Shown in pieces: positions 1 through 9,613 of a stretch of DNA of 64,000 bases; within the stretch, counting starts at the first letter, position 1, and every line of letters starts with the position of its first letter. The notes below the pieces were generated by a model. That model saw only the letters and a program-made list of their open reading frames with translations. It did not search any database and had not been told where the DNA came from. Position numbers and translations under genes: made by a program. Source of the stretch: Candidatus Doudnabacteria bacterium (GTDB lineage: Bacteria > Patescibacteriota > Doudnabacteria > UBA920). Where the stretch lies: contig PLYC01000010.1 of the NCBI GenBank assembly GCA_003151625.1, positions 133,515 through 197,514 on the forward strand, in the 5' to 3' direction.

Positions 1-498
1 CACGCCAAGGTTAAATATAAAACCATAAGCCACAAGGTGGTTTATACGGCTCATGATGCGGCGCAGACGACTAAGAAGAAACTTTCGGAAATAGCTAAGG
101 TAGTTTTGGTTAAGGCTGATAAAGATTTTGTGCTGATAGTTTTACCGGCGGGGAAATACGTGGATTTAAAAGCAGTACAAAAAGCCTTGGCCTCCGCCAA
201 AGGCGGATCCGCCTCCGGCGGAAAAAAAGTCAGTATGGCTTCAGAAAAGGACATTACCAAATATCTTAAGACGAAAGTCGGCTTACTCCATCCTTTTGGC
301 TCCGAATACCCCGCACCAGTCGCTTCGCTCCGGTACGGGGCAAGTAATCTTCAAACACTTCTTGATAAAGGGATGGCGAGATCTAAAAAAATGATTGCAT
401 CTGCCGGAACTTTTACAGACAGCGTGGAAGTAGGGCTAAAAGATTTTCAAAAAATAGTGAAACCGATGCTGGGAAATTTTGCAAAGTCAAAAAAATAA
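1..498 (+). CDS. YbaK/ProX-like aminoacyl-tRNA deacylase (5' end outside window), with two in-frame palindromic insertions
   Basis: Frame open from base 1; TAHDAA..IAKVVLVK..VLP..VDLK..ASE..G..HPFG pattern typical of YbaK/EbsC. Confidence 0.8.
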   Translation, partial: HAKVKYKTISHKVVYTAHDAAQTTKKKLSEIAKVVLVKADKDFVLIVLPAGKYVDLKAVQKALASAKGGSASGGKKVSMASEKDITKYLKTKVGLLHPFGSEYPAPVASLRYGASNLQTLLDKGMARSKKMIASAGTFTDSVEVGLKDFQKIVKPMLGNFAKSKK

Positions 499-501
499 CA
501 A

Positions 502-1224
502 ATGCTCCAAGCCAAAGTAAAACAATTTGAAGGTCCGCTTGATTTACTGCTCAACTTAATCGAGCAGAGACAGCTGGATATTACAACTATTGCCTTGGCC
601 GAAGTGACCGAGCAATTTTTGCAGTATTTAAAACAATTGGAAAAAATTGACCCGACGGTTTTAGCGGATTATTTGTCCATTGCCGCAAAACTTTTAGTAA
701 TAAAGTCTAAAGCAATTCTGCCCACCCTTGAACTGGAAGTTGAGGAAGAAGACGCCGGTTTTGATTTGGAAGCCAGGTTAATTTTGTACAAACAATTCAA
801 AGAAGCCGCTAAGTATTTTAAAAAACTGGACAATAAGAGAAGGCAGGCCTTTTTACGCTCCGTGACCTTCGAGCAAAAAGTCAGCTTTTATCCCGACCCT
901 TCCGTTACCACAAAAGAACTTCACACTGCGATTTTAACGGTTTTAAGCGGACTTAAAGAGCTAGACAATCTGCCTAAGGCCAAACTAAAAGAAGCCATAT
1001 CCATTCAGGAAAAAATTGACCATTTAAGGGATCTCTTAAGCTCCAAAATAGAAACCCGTCTTAGCGATTTAATAAAAACCGCCAAAAATAAAGGCGAAAT
1101 AATTGTGACTTTTTTGGCGTTGCTCGAATTAATTAAACAAAAAGTCTTTGTGGCCGACCAGGAAGCCATGTTTGCCGACGTGGTAATAAAAAAATATGAA
1201 AACAGACCTGTAACAAATGAGTAA
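502..1224 (+). CDS. scpA: Segregation/condensation protein A
   Basis: FEGPLDLLL..I N-terminus and IVTFLALLELIK C-terminus. Confidence 0.95.
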   Translation: MLQAKVKQFEGPLDLLLNLIEQRQLDITTIALAEVTEQFLQYLKQLEKIDPTVLADYLSIAAKLLVIKSKAILPTLELEVEEEDAGFDLEARLILYKQFKEAAKYFKKLDNKRRQAFLRSVTFEQKVSFYPDPSVTTKELHTAILTVLSGLKELDNLPKAKLKEAISIQEKIDHLRDLLSSKIETRLSDLIKTAKNKGEIIVTFLALLELIKQKVFVADQEAMFADVVIKKYENRPVTNE

Positions 1225-1456
1225 AACACTTATTGGGTTGATATTTATATTAGCCGGGGTGATTTACGGAGCCATGGCCGTGGACGGAATTTACAACCAC
1301 ACGCTCGGCTGGCTGCTCGCTAATGATTGGATAAAACCGCCGCAACCGGGCAAAAATAACGCGAGCAATTTTTTGGGTCGCAAGCCGCTAATTTTATTAT
1401 ATTCAGCTATTTTAATTATTATTGGCCTATTTATTTTATGGAACAGGAACAACTAA
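1217..1456 (+). CDS. Small two-TM membrane protein
   Basis: Two hydrophobic segments; overlaps scpA stop and scpB start. Confidence 0.6.
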   Translation: MSKTLIGLIFILAGVIYGAMAVDGIYNHTLGWLLANDWIKPPQPGKNNASNFLGRKPLILLYSAILIIIGLFILWNRNN

Positions 1457-2304
1457 ACACGGTTGGCAAAACTAATGATCAATCGGTTGGCAATCAGGAT
1501 GTGGATAGTAAACAAATACTAAAAGAAAAAGCTCCCAAGCTGACCGCAAACGGCGTGAAAAAAATATTAGAGGCGGTACTTTTTGTGGCCAGCAAGCCTT
1601 TTAAGGCGAAAGATTTTGCCAAAATATTTGAATTGGAGGAATCTGCGGTAAAACTGGCGCTCGATGCTTTGGCCGAAGAAAAAAAAGATTCCGGGATTGT
1701 GCTTTTAGAAAATAGGGGTGAGTATCAGCTTTCCACAAACAGCGCCTGCTCAACACAGGTGAAAAATTTTCTTAACGCGGAATTGCGGGAAAAATTAACA
1801 GACGCGACAGTGGAAGTATTAGCTATTATTGCCTATCGCCAGCCTATTTCCAAAGCAGAAATAGAAGCTATTAGAGGTGTAAACTCCCAATACAGCCTAA
1901 GGCATTTACTTATGCGCGGGTTGATAGAAAAAATTAACAACCCGGCCGATGCCCGTAGCTTTTTATACCAAACCACAACGGAATTCTTAATGCACATGGG
2001 CATGATTTCTGTCAGCGAATTGCCGGAATTCGCAAAACTGGTGGAAAACATTAAGCTTCCCCAAACAGCCGGTTTAAACCAGCAAGCTTCCCCTGTGGAG
2101 GCAAATGATAATAACCCGATTGAAGAATTAGAAGTCCTAACTACAAAAATGGGATCACAAGATTCCGTAAAAACGGAAAACAATTTGGAAAAAACACAAA
2201 CCGAAAGTTCAAATATCACGCCGCAGGAGCCTGCTACAGAGGTCATACCTAACAAACAAACAGAAGAAGATGATGATGCTGAAGACGACGATGAAGAAGA
2301 ATAG
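1438..2304 (+). CDS. scpB: SMC-Scp complex subunit ScpB with acidic tail
   Basis: LEAVLFV, EVLAIIAYRQPISKAEIEAIRGV, YQTTTEFL. Confidence 0.95.
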   Translation: MEQEQLNTVGKTNDQSVGNQDVDSKQILKEKAPKLTANGVKKILEAVLFVASKPFKAKDFAKIFELEESAVKLALDALAEEKKDSGIVLLENRGEYQLSTNSACSTQVKNFLNAELREKLTDATVEVLAIIAYRQPISKAEIEAIRGVNSQYSLRHLLMRGLIEKINNPADARSFLYQTTTEFLMHMGMISVSELPEFAKLVENIKLPQTAGLNQQASPVEANDNNPIEELEVLTTKMGSQDSVKTENNLEKTQTESSNITPQEPATEVIPNKQTEEDDDAEDDDEEE

Positions 2305-2310
2305 CCAAAT

Positions 2311-2445
2311 CTATTGCGGCAACTGCTCGTAAGATTCTTTTGGCGATGTGGGGATTTCCTGTTTAAGCTGAACCTTAGCACATCCGACAGCCAATAAGGC
2401 AAGCAAGCTCAAAAGTAAAATAAATCTTTTTTTGTTTGTTATCAT
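2311..2445 (-). CDS. 44-aa putative lipoprotein (MITNKKRFILLLSLLALLAVGC...)
   Basis: Manually translated; basic n-region, hydrophobic h-region and lipobox-like AVGC; below ORF-track cutoff. Confidence 0.55.
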   Translation of the reverse strand: MITNKKRFILLLSLLALLAVGCAKVQLKQEIPTSPKESYEQLPQ

Positions 2446-2491
2446 AAATTTCCTGCATATAATAAATTGCGTGGCCGCGTAATTTATTATA

Positions 2492-3250
2492 TCACCTTAT
2501 TAGCAATGCCGCGCCCAAGGCGCCGGCGTTTTTTAATTTGGAAACCACAATACGAGGTTTTACTCTATAAGTTGAAAACATATTGGCGCAAATTGTTTCG
2601 GCATTTTTCACAAATTTGCGTTTACTATCGGTTGAGACTCCCCCGCCCAAAACTATAATATCCGGATCAAGCATGCGGCAAATATTCCACAATAAGAGGC
2701 TTACGATTTGTGACAGCTGCCTGTTATTATGGGAGTCGCGGGCTTTTTGAAAAAGACTTTCAAAAGTGTGCTTGCCGTCGTAAAGCATCCGGCCTACTTC
2801 TCCGGCTCCATAATGCCCTCCGGTATAAACTTTTCCGTCTAAAACAAAACCGCTGCCTACGCCGGTTCCTAAGATTACACCGACAACACTGTTATAATTC
2901 TTTCCTTGCCCTAATTTTGCTTCGGCGTAAGCAAAACACTTGGCATCGTTTGCGACCTCGAGTTTGAATTTATTCCCAAATAATTTTTTAAAATTAAAAT
3001 TGTTAATATACTTAATGTTCGGCGAATAAACGGCCGTTTGCTTTTTTATATTTATCACTCCTGCCATGCCTATGCCAATGCCGGTAATTTTCCGTCCGAC
3101 CGATAAAAAAGCCACCAAATGTTTTAGGCCATATGCAAAATCAGCCGCTGTTTTTGGAGTGACGATGGTCAGTTCTTTAATAACTTTTTTCCCGTCAAAC
3201 AAAATACCGGCGATTTTTGTCCCCCCAATATCTATTCCAATAATGTACAT
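2492..3250 (-). CDS. ROK family sugar kinase
   Basis: GIDIGGTKI, NDA, GTGVGSG, GAGEVG, LGGG, AGALGAA. Confidence 0.9.
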   Translation of the reverse strand: MYIIGIDIGGTKIAGILFDGKKVIKELTIVTPKTAADFAYGLKHLVAFLSVGRKITGIGIGMAGVINIKKQTAVYSPNIKYINNFNFKKLFGNKFKLEVANDAKCFAYAEAKLGQGKNYNSVVGVILGTGVGSGFVLDGKVYTGGHYGAGEVGRMLYDGKHTFESLFQKARDSHNNRQLSQIVSLLLWNICRMLDPDIIVLGGGVSTDSKRKFVKNAETICANMFSTYRVKPRIVVSKLKNAGALGAALLIR

Positions 3251-3338
3251 AGTACTAAATAAAATTGACCAAAATTAAATAAAATTAAATAAAATTTGGA
3301 GATGTCTCTCAATTTTACTTATTTTTACTTAATTTTAT

Positions 3339-4328
3339 TTAATTCTTAAATAACTCTCTTGCCCTGTCCCAAAACTCCGGATGCCCGTGTTGCTGCATCC
3401 AATACCACCATTCTACACCCCATAGGTACTGCGGCGAAAACCCGGTTCCCGCGGCATGGGAAATAATTGTATTAAAATTATACATACTCATTGTTTTAAA
3501 CTGCTGGTCTATGGGCGTATTTGGAATGCCGGCGGTTGTCCATGGCTCTGCCTCAAGCTCGACTATCATTACTGGCTTGCCCGGATGAAGCACTCTTAAC
3601 AGCCCTGCTTTGAAACGGTAAAACCACGAAAAAAAATAAAAGTTTGTCCAATAGCGGTGCAGCACATCGGAATAAACATACCGGTAGTATGTTGTGCCAA
3701 ATTCATCTCCTCTGTCGCCCGCTTTAACCCACCAGTTTAGCTCACCGCTGTCGGTAATTAAAACCGAGCGGGACGGATCTAAATTTTTTACCAAAGCAAT
3801 TTCCTTATCAAAAAAGTTGACATCGAGCGGCGGACAGGGGCCAAATGAAGATAAAAATGGTTCGTTTTCCACCTGCCAAGTAGTTACAGAGCTGTCACCC
3901 TGGTATTTTTGTACCACAGTTTCTACATAAGACAACTGGGCATTTTGTTCGTCGGCAATTGATAATTTTGATGCCCATCCAGGTTCGTGACACTCCGGCC
4001 AACGCGGCAGGCGCTTACCAACAGCTAGAACTACCTGGACATGATTTTGCTTAGCCAAATCCAGCATATAATTTATATCATCAAAATTATATTGGTCGCG
4101 AGTATTTTCTACCTCGTCCCAATAAACCGGAATGCGGATTAATTTTACGCCGAGATCTTGGGTTGTGGACGCGTATGCCGCTTTCCAATCTATGCCCAAA
4201 CCCTGGGCGTAAGGCACGCTAAAAGTCACTCCGTACTGGATTTTTTTTGCTTTGGTACCGGCATTAAGCGTTACACACCAAATCGCCAGAACAATTAAAA
4301 TTACGGCAATTAATATTTTTCTTAACAT
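3339..4328 (-). CDS. Secreted/anchored clan GH-A glycoside hydrolase (beta-galactosidase-like)
   Basis: N-terminal signal; RIPVYWDEVE, RWPECH, WQVENEP acid/base motif, ELEAEPW. Confidence 0.75.
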   Translation of the reverse strand: MLRKILIAVILIVLAIWCVTLNAGTKAKKIQYGVTFSVPYAQGLGIDWKAAYASTTQDLGVKLIRIPVYWDEVENTRDQYNFDDINYMLDLAKQNHVQVVLAVGKRLPRWPECHEPGWASKLSIADEQNAQLSYVETVVQKYQGDSSVTTWQVENEPFLSSFGPCPPLDVNFFDKEIALVKNLDPSRSVLITDSGELNWWVKAGDRGDEFGTTYYRYVYSDVLHRYWTNFYFFSWFYRFKAGLLRVLHPGKPVMIVELEAEPWTTAGIPNTPIDQQFKTMSMYNFNTIISHAAGTGFSPQYLWGVEWWYWMQQHGHPEFWDRARELFKN

Positions 4329-4331
4329 AAT

Positions 4332-5216
4332 TTATATAAACAAAAATATTGTTCCCAAAAAAATCAAAATTACGCCAAAACTTTTCTGTGTAAAAATGTG
4401 CCGGCCGGAATCTTCTTCTATTAAATGCCGGCGCTTTTTGCTTAAAAACAAACTAAACAGCAGCAAAAATATGTATCTAAAACCCTGTAGGCCGTTTACT
4501 ATGGCAATTTTGCCTAATACCAATAAAAAGCTAAAAAAAACAAAGTTTAAACCGCCTAACAACTGCTTGAATAAAAACATTATCGACGTTCCGGTCTTAT
4601 TTTTTATGGCTTCGGTGGCAAAAACTTTTTTCTTGAACGAGGGAAGAATTAACAGCGCCAATAAAACCAAAGCCGCGCCTAGCCGGTTCCACATTAGATT
4701 ATTTAAAACCGGCCCCACTTGGGAGCTGTATTGCCATAGCGCGTAATAAACGCTAAATAAAAAAGCGCTTAAAACTTTGAGGCTGACATGTTTGCCCCAG
4801 CCGCTGGATTGTTGATGTGAAATTAGCAGAGCGCCGGGAATAAGCAAAAACATCGCCGCCACCTCGTTTACCCGCAAAATGTTCCTGCCGGTTAAAACTG
4901 AAATTAAAATATCAAAAACCGGAACAAGACCAAACACAAATGGTACCACCCGGGAAACTTCTCCTTGTGACAGGGCTTTAAAAAAGACATAAATCGCCAA
5001 CGAAAACATGGCGCCGGAAAGCATGCACAGAAAAATTAAATGCGCCGGGAGGCTGTAGTAACTCCAAGGCCACGCGGCCAACAAAACCAAACCGGTAACC
5101 ACTGTGTAAAAAGTGTATTTAACCGGCTCCAGTTTGCGCGCGGTAATCAAAAACTTATCCATTAAGTCGACAACGGCCTGGATAAGGTACTGAAAAATTG
5201 TAAGAAAAATAATCAT
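4332..5216 (-). CDS. EamA/DMT-like membrane transporter
   Basis: About 10 TM segments; KAL..GEVSRVVP motif. Confidence 0.75.
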   Translation of the reverse strand: MIIFLTIFQYLIQAVVDLMDKFLITARKLEPVKYTFYTVVTGLVLLAAWPWSYYSLPAHLIFLCMLSGAMFSLAIYVFFKALSQGEVSRVVPFVFGLVPVFDILISVLTGRNILRVNEVAAMFLLIPGALLISHQQSSGWGKHVSLKVLSAFLFSVYYALWQYSSQVGPVLNNLMWNRLGAALVLLALLILPSFKKKVFATEAIKNKTGTSIMFLFKQLLGGLNFVFFSFLLVLGKIAIVNGLQGFRYIFLLLFSLFLSKKRRHLIEEDSGRHIFTQKSFGVILIFLGTIFLFI

Positions 5217-6448
5217 GCGGGTTTTGTTTCTACTTCGTATTCAAACTGATTATTTTTACATATCTCCGCGTATTTTAAAGCGCTATAGCGGACTTTGCGG
5301 CGCAATAAATCATTCCTGTCAATTTCTATAAGTCCGAATTTTGGCCCGTGCCCTTCCTCCCATTCAAAATTATCAGTTAACGACCAGTGCAAATAGCCCC
5401 GGACATCCGCGCCGCGTGAAATGGCCTTATAGACATAATACAAGTTGTCTTTTATATATTTCTCCCGCCGGCTGTCTTTGGCGTCTGCCAGCCCATTTTC
5501 CAAAATATATATTGGTTTGCCAAAATCTTTTAATCCCATTAATACAGGCTCCATACCTTCGGGATGAATGCCCCATCCGCGGTCGGTTAATTCGTGTTTG
5601 TGGGCGCTATGTCTCCGCCATCCTAAAATACTTAAGTGGTGATGAAAATAATAATTTACGCCAATAAAGTCGCAAAATTTAATCGTTCTCGACAAAATAT
5701 AACTGTTGGCAAAGTATCGGACTATTCGAACCGCGAACTCGCCCAAAAACCCGCTCGGCTCCAGGTCCACCTGGTTAAAAGCCATACTTACAGGGGCGGG
5801 ATAATTCTGTTTAATGTAAACACTTAACTCGTTATGTGCGGAAATTAAATTATTTACGGTTCGCAAAGTTAAAAATAGGTTCTTTTTTTGGGGAGGAAAA
5901 GTTCCCACCAAATAGGACTGCATTGCGTAAAGCTCTGGCTCGTTAATAGTTACCCAAAAATCCACATATTGGGAATACCGCGCCACCATTTTTTTTGCGT
6001 AATTTAAAAAGTGTATCAAATTTTGTTTTTTACTAAAACCGCCTTTTTTGGCGAACCAAAGAGGGTTGGTATAATGATGCAGGGTTAAAAACACCGTCAA
6101 CCCATGGTATTTAGCCGACTGGAATATTTTTTCATAATGATCCATTACCGCTTCATCGAACACCCCTTCTTTGGGCTGAATTCTCGACCATTCTATGCCA
6201 AACCTTATGGCATTATGGTTTAAATGCTGGGCAAGTGAGAAATCTTCGTCAAAACGGTGGTAAAAATCGCAGGCCTCGCCGGAACAAAAACCGGCAGGAT
6301 CAAGACCCTTAGCTCTAAGCTCCATTTCTCTTTTTTGGCTGTGCTCCCAAGTCCACCAATCGGCATTGGTGTTTCCGCCTTCCGTTTGATACGAACTTGA
6401 GGCCGCGCCCCACAAAAAATCTTTTGGGAATTTTAGTATTTGTTTCAT
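5213..6448 (-). CDS. Glycoside hydrolase family 1
   Basis: FPKDFLWGAASSSYQTEG, TINEP, ILENG, DNFEW. Confidence 0.95.
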   Translation of the reverse strand: MKQILKFPKDFLWGAASSSYQTEGGNTNADWWTWEHSQKREMELRAKGLDPAGFCSGEACDFYHRFDEDFSLAQHLNHNAIRFGIEWSRIQPKEGVFDEAVMDHYEKIFQSAKYHGLTVFLTLHHYTNPLWFAKKGGFSKKQNLIHFLNYAKKMVARYSQYVDFWVTINEPELYAMQSYLVGTFPPQKKNLFLTLRTVNNLISAHNELSVYIKQNYPAPVSMAFNQVDLEPSGFLGEFAVRIVRYFANSYILSRTIKFCDFIGVNYYFHHHLSILGWRRHSAHKHELTDRGWGIHPEGMEPVLMGLKDFGKPIYILENGLADAKDSRREKYIKDNLYYVYKAISRGADVRGYLHWSLTDNFEWEEGHGPKFGLIEIDRNDLLRRKVRYSALKYAEICKNNQFEYEVETKPA

Positions 6449-6690
6449 TGGTTTGTTTATAAGCTTTTACCGAACACCAACCAGGCTAGAAAACTACATT
6501 GGGGTAGAAAATTTTATTTTAGTACTTTTAGTTTCTTTGGCATTCAGTAGAAATATACCTATATATTATGCCACACTTGGCTAAATTATCAAAATCTGAT
6601 AAGATTGGTAAGACCTATAGGTCATATAGGACAAATAAAGACTTTGATTTGCAATCTTAAATCTAAAATCTTTAACCTAATATCAAACAC

Positions 6691-6765
6691 GGCGCTATCA
6701 TCTAATGGTTAGGATAAGTGGTTCTCATCCACTAAATCCGGGTCCGATTCCCGGTAGCGCTACCA
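6691..6765 (+). tRNA. tRNA-Glu(CUC)
   Basis: Acceptor GGCGCTA/TAGCGCT, anticodon loop TTCTCAT, encoded CCA; T-loop reads TCCGATT. Confidence 0.9.
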
Positions 6766-6803
6766 AAATTAAAATACCGCAATGCATGCGGTATTTTAAT
6801 TTT
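6765..6803. terminator. Bidirectional intrinsic terminator
   Basis: aaaattaaaataccgca-atgca-tgcggtattttaatttt hairpin. Confidence 0.7.
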
Positions 6804-6939
6804 ATCCCGAGCGAGTCCTGCAAAGCAGGACTAGTCGAGAGGCAAAACTAAATTAATTGTATCGGACAATTTTTCTTAGACCAAATGTCGCTGATGGCCA
6901 GTAAATAGACACGCTACGCTTAATATACGCGGCCGGCCA

Positions 6940-7143
6940 CTAAATTCTAGGCCATAAAACTCCCTTAAACTGACTGTTCACGATTAGTGGGACTCCGCGC
7001 AGGGATTGGACGCGCAGAGAGATTTCCCTTACCGGACAGCGGTGTTGGCGGTTTGAACCGGATGAGCAATGAGCACATAGGCCGGAAAGCTGGGAAAGAA
7101 TATTTTGTTTTATTTTCATCATTTCTGACATATAGTTAAACAT
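6940..7143 (-). CDS. Small Cys/His-containing hypothetical protein
   Basis: CAHC..HRCP motif; co-oriented downstream of lexA. Confidence 0.55.
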   Translation of the reverse strand: MFNYMSEMMKIKQNILSQLSGLCAHCSSGSNRQHRCPVREISLRVQSLRGVPLIVNSQFKGVLWPRI

Positions 7144-7184
7144 TTAGCAGTTAGCAATTAGCCCTTAGCCAACCACTTATTAGT

Positions 7185-7535
7185 TTATCTGTTTATTAAA
7201 AGCACGCTAAGTATTTTCATCACCTCTTCTAGCAAAGAATCAACTTTGGTAAAATTTAAATTTTTTCCCAATGGAAGTTTTTTTGCAATTTCAATTTGAG
7301 TTTCAAGCCCCGCTCCCGAACCAAACGCTATGGATAAAAAATGATAGAATTCTTTATCGGAGCCGCGTCGTCTCCCCTCAGCAATATTTGAAGGCATTGA
7401 TACTCCGCATCGTCTCGACTGAGAAACCAATCCGTACAACTCACTCCTAGGGTAATTCTCTGTAAGTAGATAAACTTCTAATACCAACTCCATCGATTTC
7501 TGCCAGACTATTAAATTTTTATAATTGGGCTGCAT
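7185..7535 (-). CDS. Four-helix-bundle protein (23S rRNA IVP-like family)
   Basis: YKNLIVWQKSMEL, ELYGLVSQ.RR..VS.PSNIAEG, GS..LETQ; flanked by TTAGCAG-type heptamer repeats. Confidence 0.9.
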   Translation of the reverse strand: MQPNYKNLIVWQKSMELVLEVYLLTENYPRSELYGLVSQSRRCGVSMPSNIAEGRRRGSDKEFYHFLSIAFGSGAGLETQIEIAKKLPLGKNLNFTKVDSLLEEVMKILSVLLINR

Positions 7536-7582
7536 GTGTTTGTTTGGCTGAACGCTACCAGCTAAATGCTAACTGCTAGCAA

Positions 7583-8200
7583 CTACTCTAAGCTTCTAAT
7601 TACACCGACCACTTTACCCTGCACCATCCATTCTTCTTTGGGGTAAATATTTTTGTAGTCCGGGTTTTCCGCTTTTAGATAGGCGCGATTCTTTATTTGA
7701 ATAAAGCGTTTAACCGTGGCTTCGTCGTGGAGCAAGGCTACGACAATGTCATTATTTTTTACATCGTGGGTTGGGCGGACAATAACTAAATCTCCCTCAA
7801 AAATTCCGGCGTTTATCATACTGTCGCCTCTGACTTTTAACAAAAAAACGTCACGGCGGCTTTTAATTAATGTTTGCGGCAAATTAATCCATTCCTCTAT
7901 ATTTTCTTCGGCTAGATGAGGAGTACCGGCCTGAATATTCCCGAGCAGAGGAACTGCCACCAAACCTTTTTGCAAACTTTGGCCAAGGGAATTTAAAACT
8001 TCTATTCCTCTGGCCTTGCCCGTAGTTTTAACAAACCCCTGATCTTCCAAAGCGTTTAACAGCTTTGCAACACCATTTTTGGATTTAACCTTTAAAAAGG
8101 TTGCCATTTCGGAAATACTTGGCGGCAAACTATGATTTCTAATTTGCTCTATAATAAAATGCAACAACTCCTTTTGTCGGTCTGTAATTTCTTTTGGCAT
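7583..8200 (-). CDS. lexA: LexA repressor
   Basis: TDRQKELL..PPSISEMA wHTH, IQAG cleavage site, VRGDSMINAGI (Ser), ATVKRF (Lys). Confidence 0.93.
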   Translation of the reverse strand: MPKEITDRQKELLHFIIEQIRNHSLPPSISEMATFLKVKSKNGVAKLLNALEDQGFVKTTGKARGIEVLNSLGQSLQKGLVAVPLLGNIQAGTPHLAEENIEEWINLPQTLIKSRRDVFLLKVRGDSMINAGIFEGDLVIVRPTHDVKNNDIVVALLHDEATVKRFIQIKNRAYLKAENPDYKNIYPKEEWMVQGKVVGVIRSLE

Positions 8201-8408
8201 ATATTTATTTATTAATGTTTACTTCTAAATAATATACGAACGTTCACCGAGTGTCAAATGCCCATAAACATTGTACATTTGTACACCTGAATTGAGTTAT
8301 CCACAGCACCTAGCGATTTGCCCTTAGCATTTAGCCAAACAAAAACCAGCACTTTACTCGTGCTGGCTAACTGCTAAACGCTAATTGCTAAATACTAACT
8401 ACTAAAGC

Positions 8409-8651
8409 CTACTTCGTATTCAGCAAAAACTTAATAAACACAACCAGAGCCTCCCAAACATTTTGCAGAATAGATTTACTTGCCGGCAAAAGAATAACTA
8501 AGGCAATAAGGAAAATCCAGTCCTTTTTTAAGACTTTAAATATAGAGTAAACAATTAACACAGCCAAACCAATGGAAATTAGCGGCCGTAGATTAACCGG
8601 AAAATTATTTAAGAATTGCAAGTATAGATTTTGGATATCGGCTAACGACAT
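8409..8651 (-). CDS. Small membrane protein
   Basis: 80-aa ORF with two hydrophobic segments. Confidence 0.65.
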   Translation of the reverse strand: MSLADIQNLYLQFLNNFPVNLRPLISIGLAVLIVYSIFKVLKKDWIFLIALVILLPASKSILQNVWEALVVFIKFLLNTK

Positions 8652-8695
8652 ATCTTTAATTCTGGATTATTTTAGGGCTTAAGTCCCATATTCTA

Positions 8696-9262
8696 CTATT
8701 TTTTCTTGCTTAATTCGTCTGTAACCACCAGATGCCTGTAATCAAACACATCTTTAATAAATTTGTCAAAAGTATTGCGGCGCTGTAAAAATTCGTCTAC
8801 CGTCATTACGCTATAATTAATTTCCTGCCCCATCATTTTTTCCGCTGCTTTTAGGAAATCCGATAATTTCTTTAAATTTATTTTACCGACCAGTAAAACG
8901 TCTACCGGTAAATTAGGGTAGCCGGTAAAAATACCGCTCAAAAAAGCCGCGCGAACATCGCCCAGGCGTTTTATCGCGGAGAATAACTCGTCTTTACCCT
9001 TTTGCGAATTTTTTGCCCAAAAATTTTTAATTTCCGGCAGGAGTTTATAGTGCGAGTTAATATAATAATATTTTTTGCTTTTTTTGGAAAAAACAGCCAA
9101 GAGCCCGACACTCGCCAATTTAGCCAGACTATGAGCAGTCTTTAAATACGGGGTATGCAGTCTCCTGGAGACCTCTAAAACCGAGAAGCTCCTTTCAGGC
9201 ATACTAAGAAAAAAACTTAAAATACCGGAATCTGTTTTAGAGTCTATAATTTCTTCAAGCAT
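8696..9262 (-). CDS. wHTH plus nucleotidyltransferase-like domain protein
   Basis: N-terminal wHTH; LSGIF..VDVLLVG; INYSVMT.DEF..R; ATG at 9262 preferred. Confidence 0.7.
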   Translation of the reverse strand: MLEEIIDSKTDSGILSFFLSMPERSFSVLEVSRRLHTPYLKTAHSLAKLASVGLLAVFSKKSKKYYYINSHYKLLPEIKNFWAKNSQKGKDELFSAIKRLGDVRAAFLSGIFTGYPNLPVDVLLVGKINLKKLSDFLKAAEKMMGQEINYSVMTVDEFLQRRNTFDKFIKDVFDYRHLVVTDELSKKK

Positions 9263-9613
9263 AAAATAATTGACAAAAATGACATAATTGAACAAAATTG
9301 ACAAAAATGGGGTGCTACATAATTATGTCAATTTTTTAAATTTTACTTAATTTTGCTCAATTCATTTTATTATACCATATCTATGGAGATTATCCCAGGG
9401 CAAATTTTGAATTTGGGTATAAATGTGGTATAATCAGATTAAAGATTTTCCGCCAGCCTAGGCTGGCGGATCCGCCTCCCTTCGAGGGTCTGAGGACCAC
9501 TCAGGGTCTCGAACGACCGGCGGAAAGTACAGAAAGATCAAAGTTAAGGATAAAAAAGCATTTTTACTCGGTTTTAATCTTAAATCCTTAATCCTAAATC
9601 TGTTAACTGACTT

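Noticed and set aside
7185-7535. Four-helix bundle as the Avd of a diversity-generating retroelement
   Set aside because: No reverse transcriptase or TR/VR pair in the window
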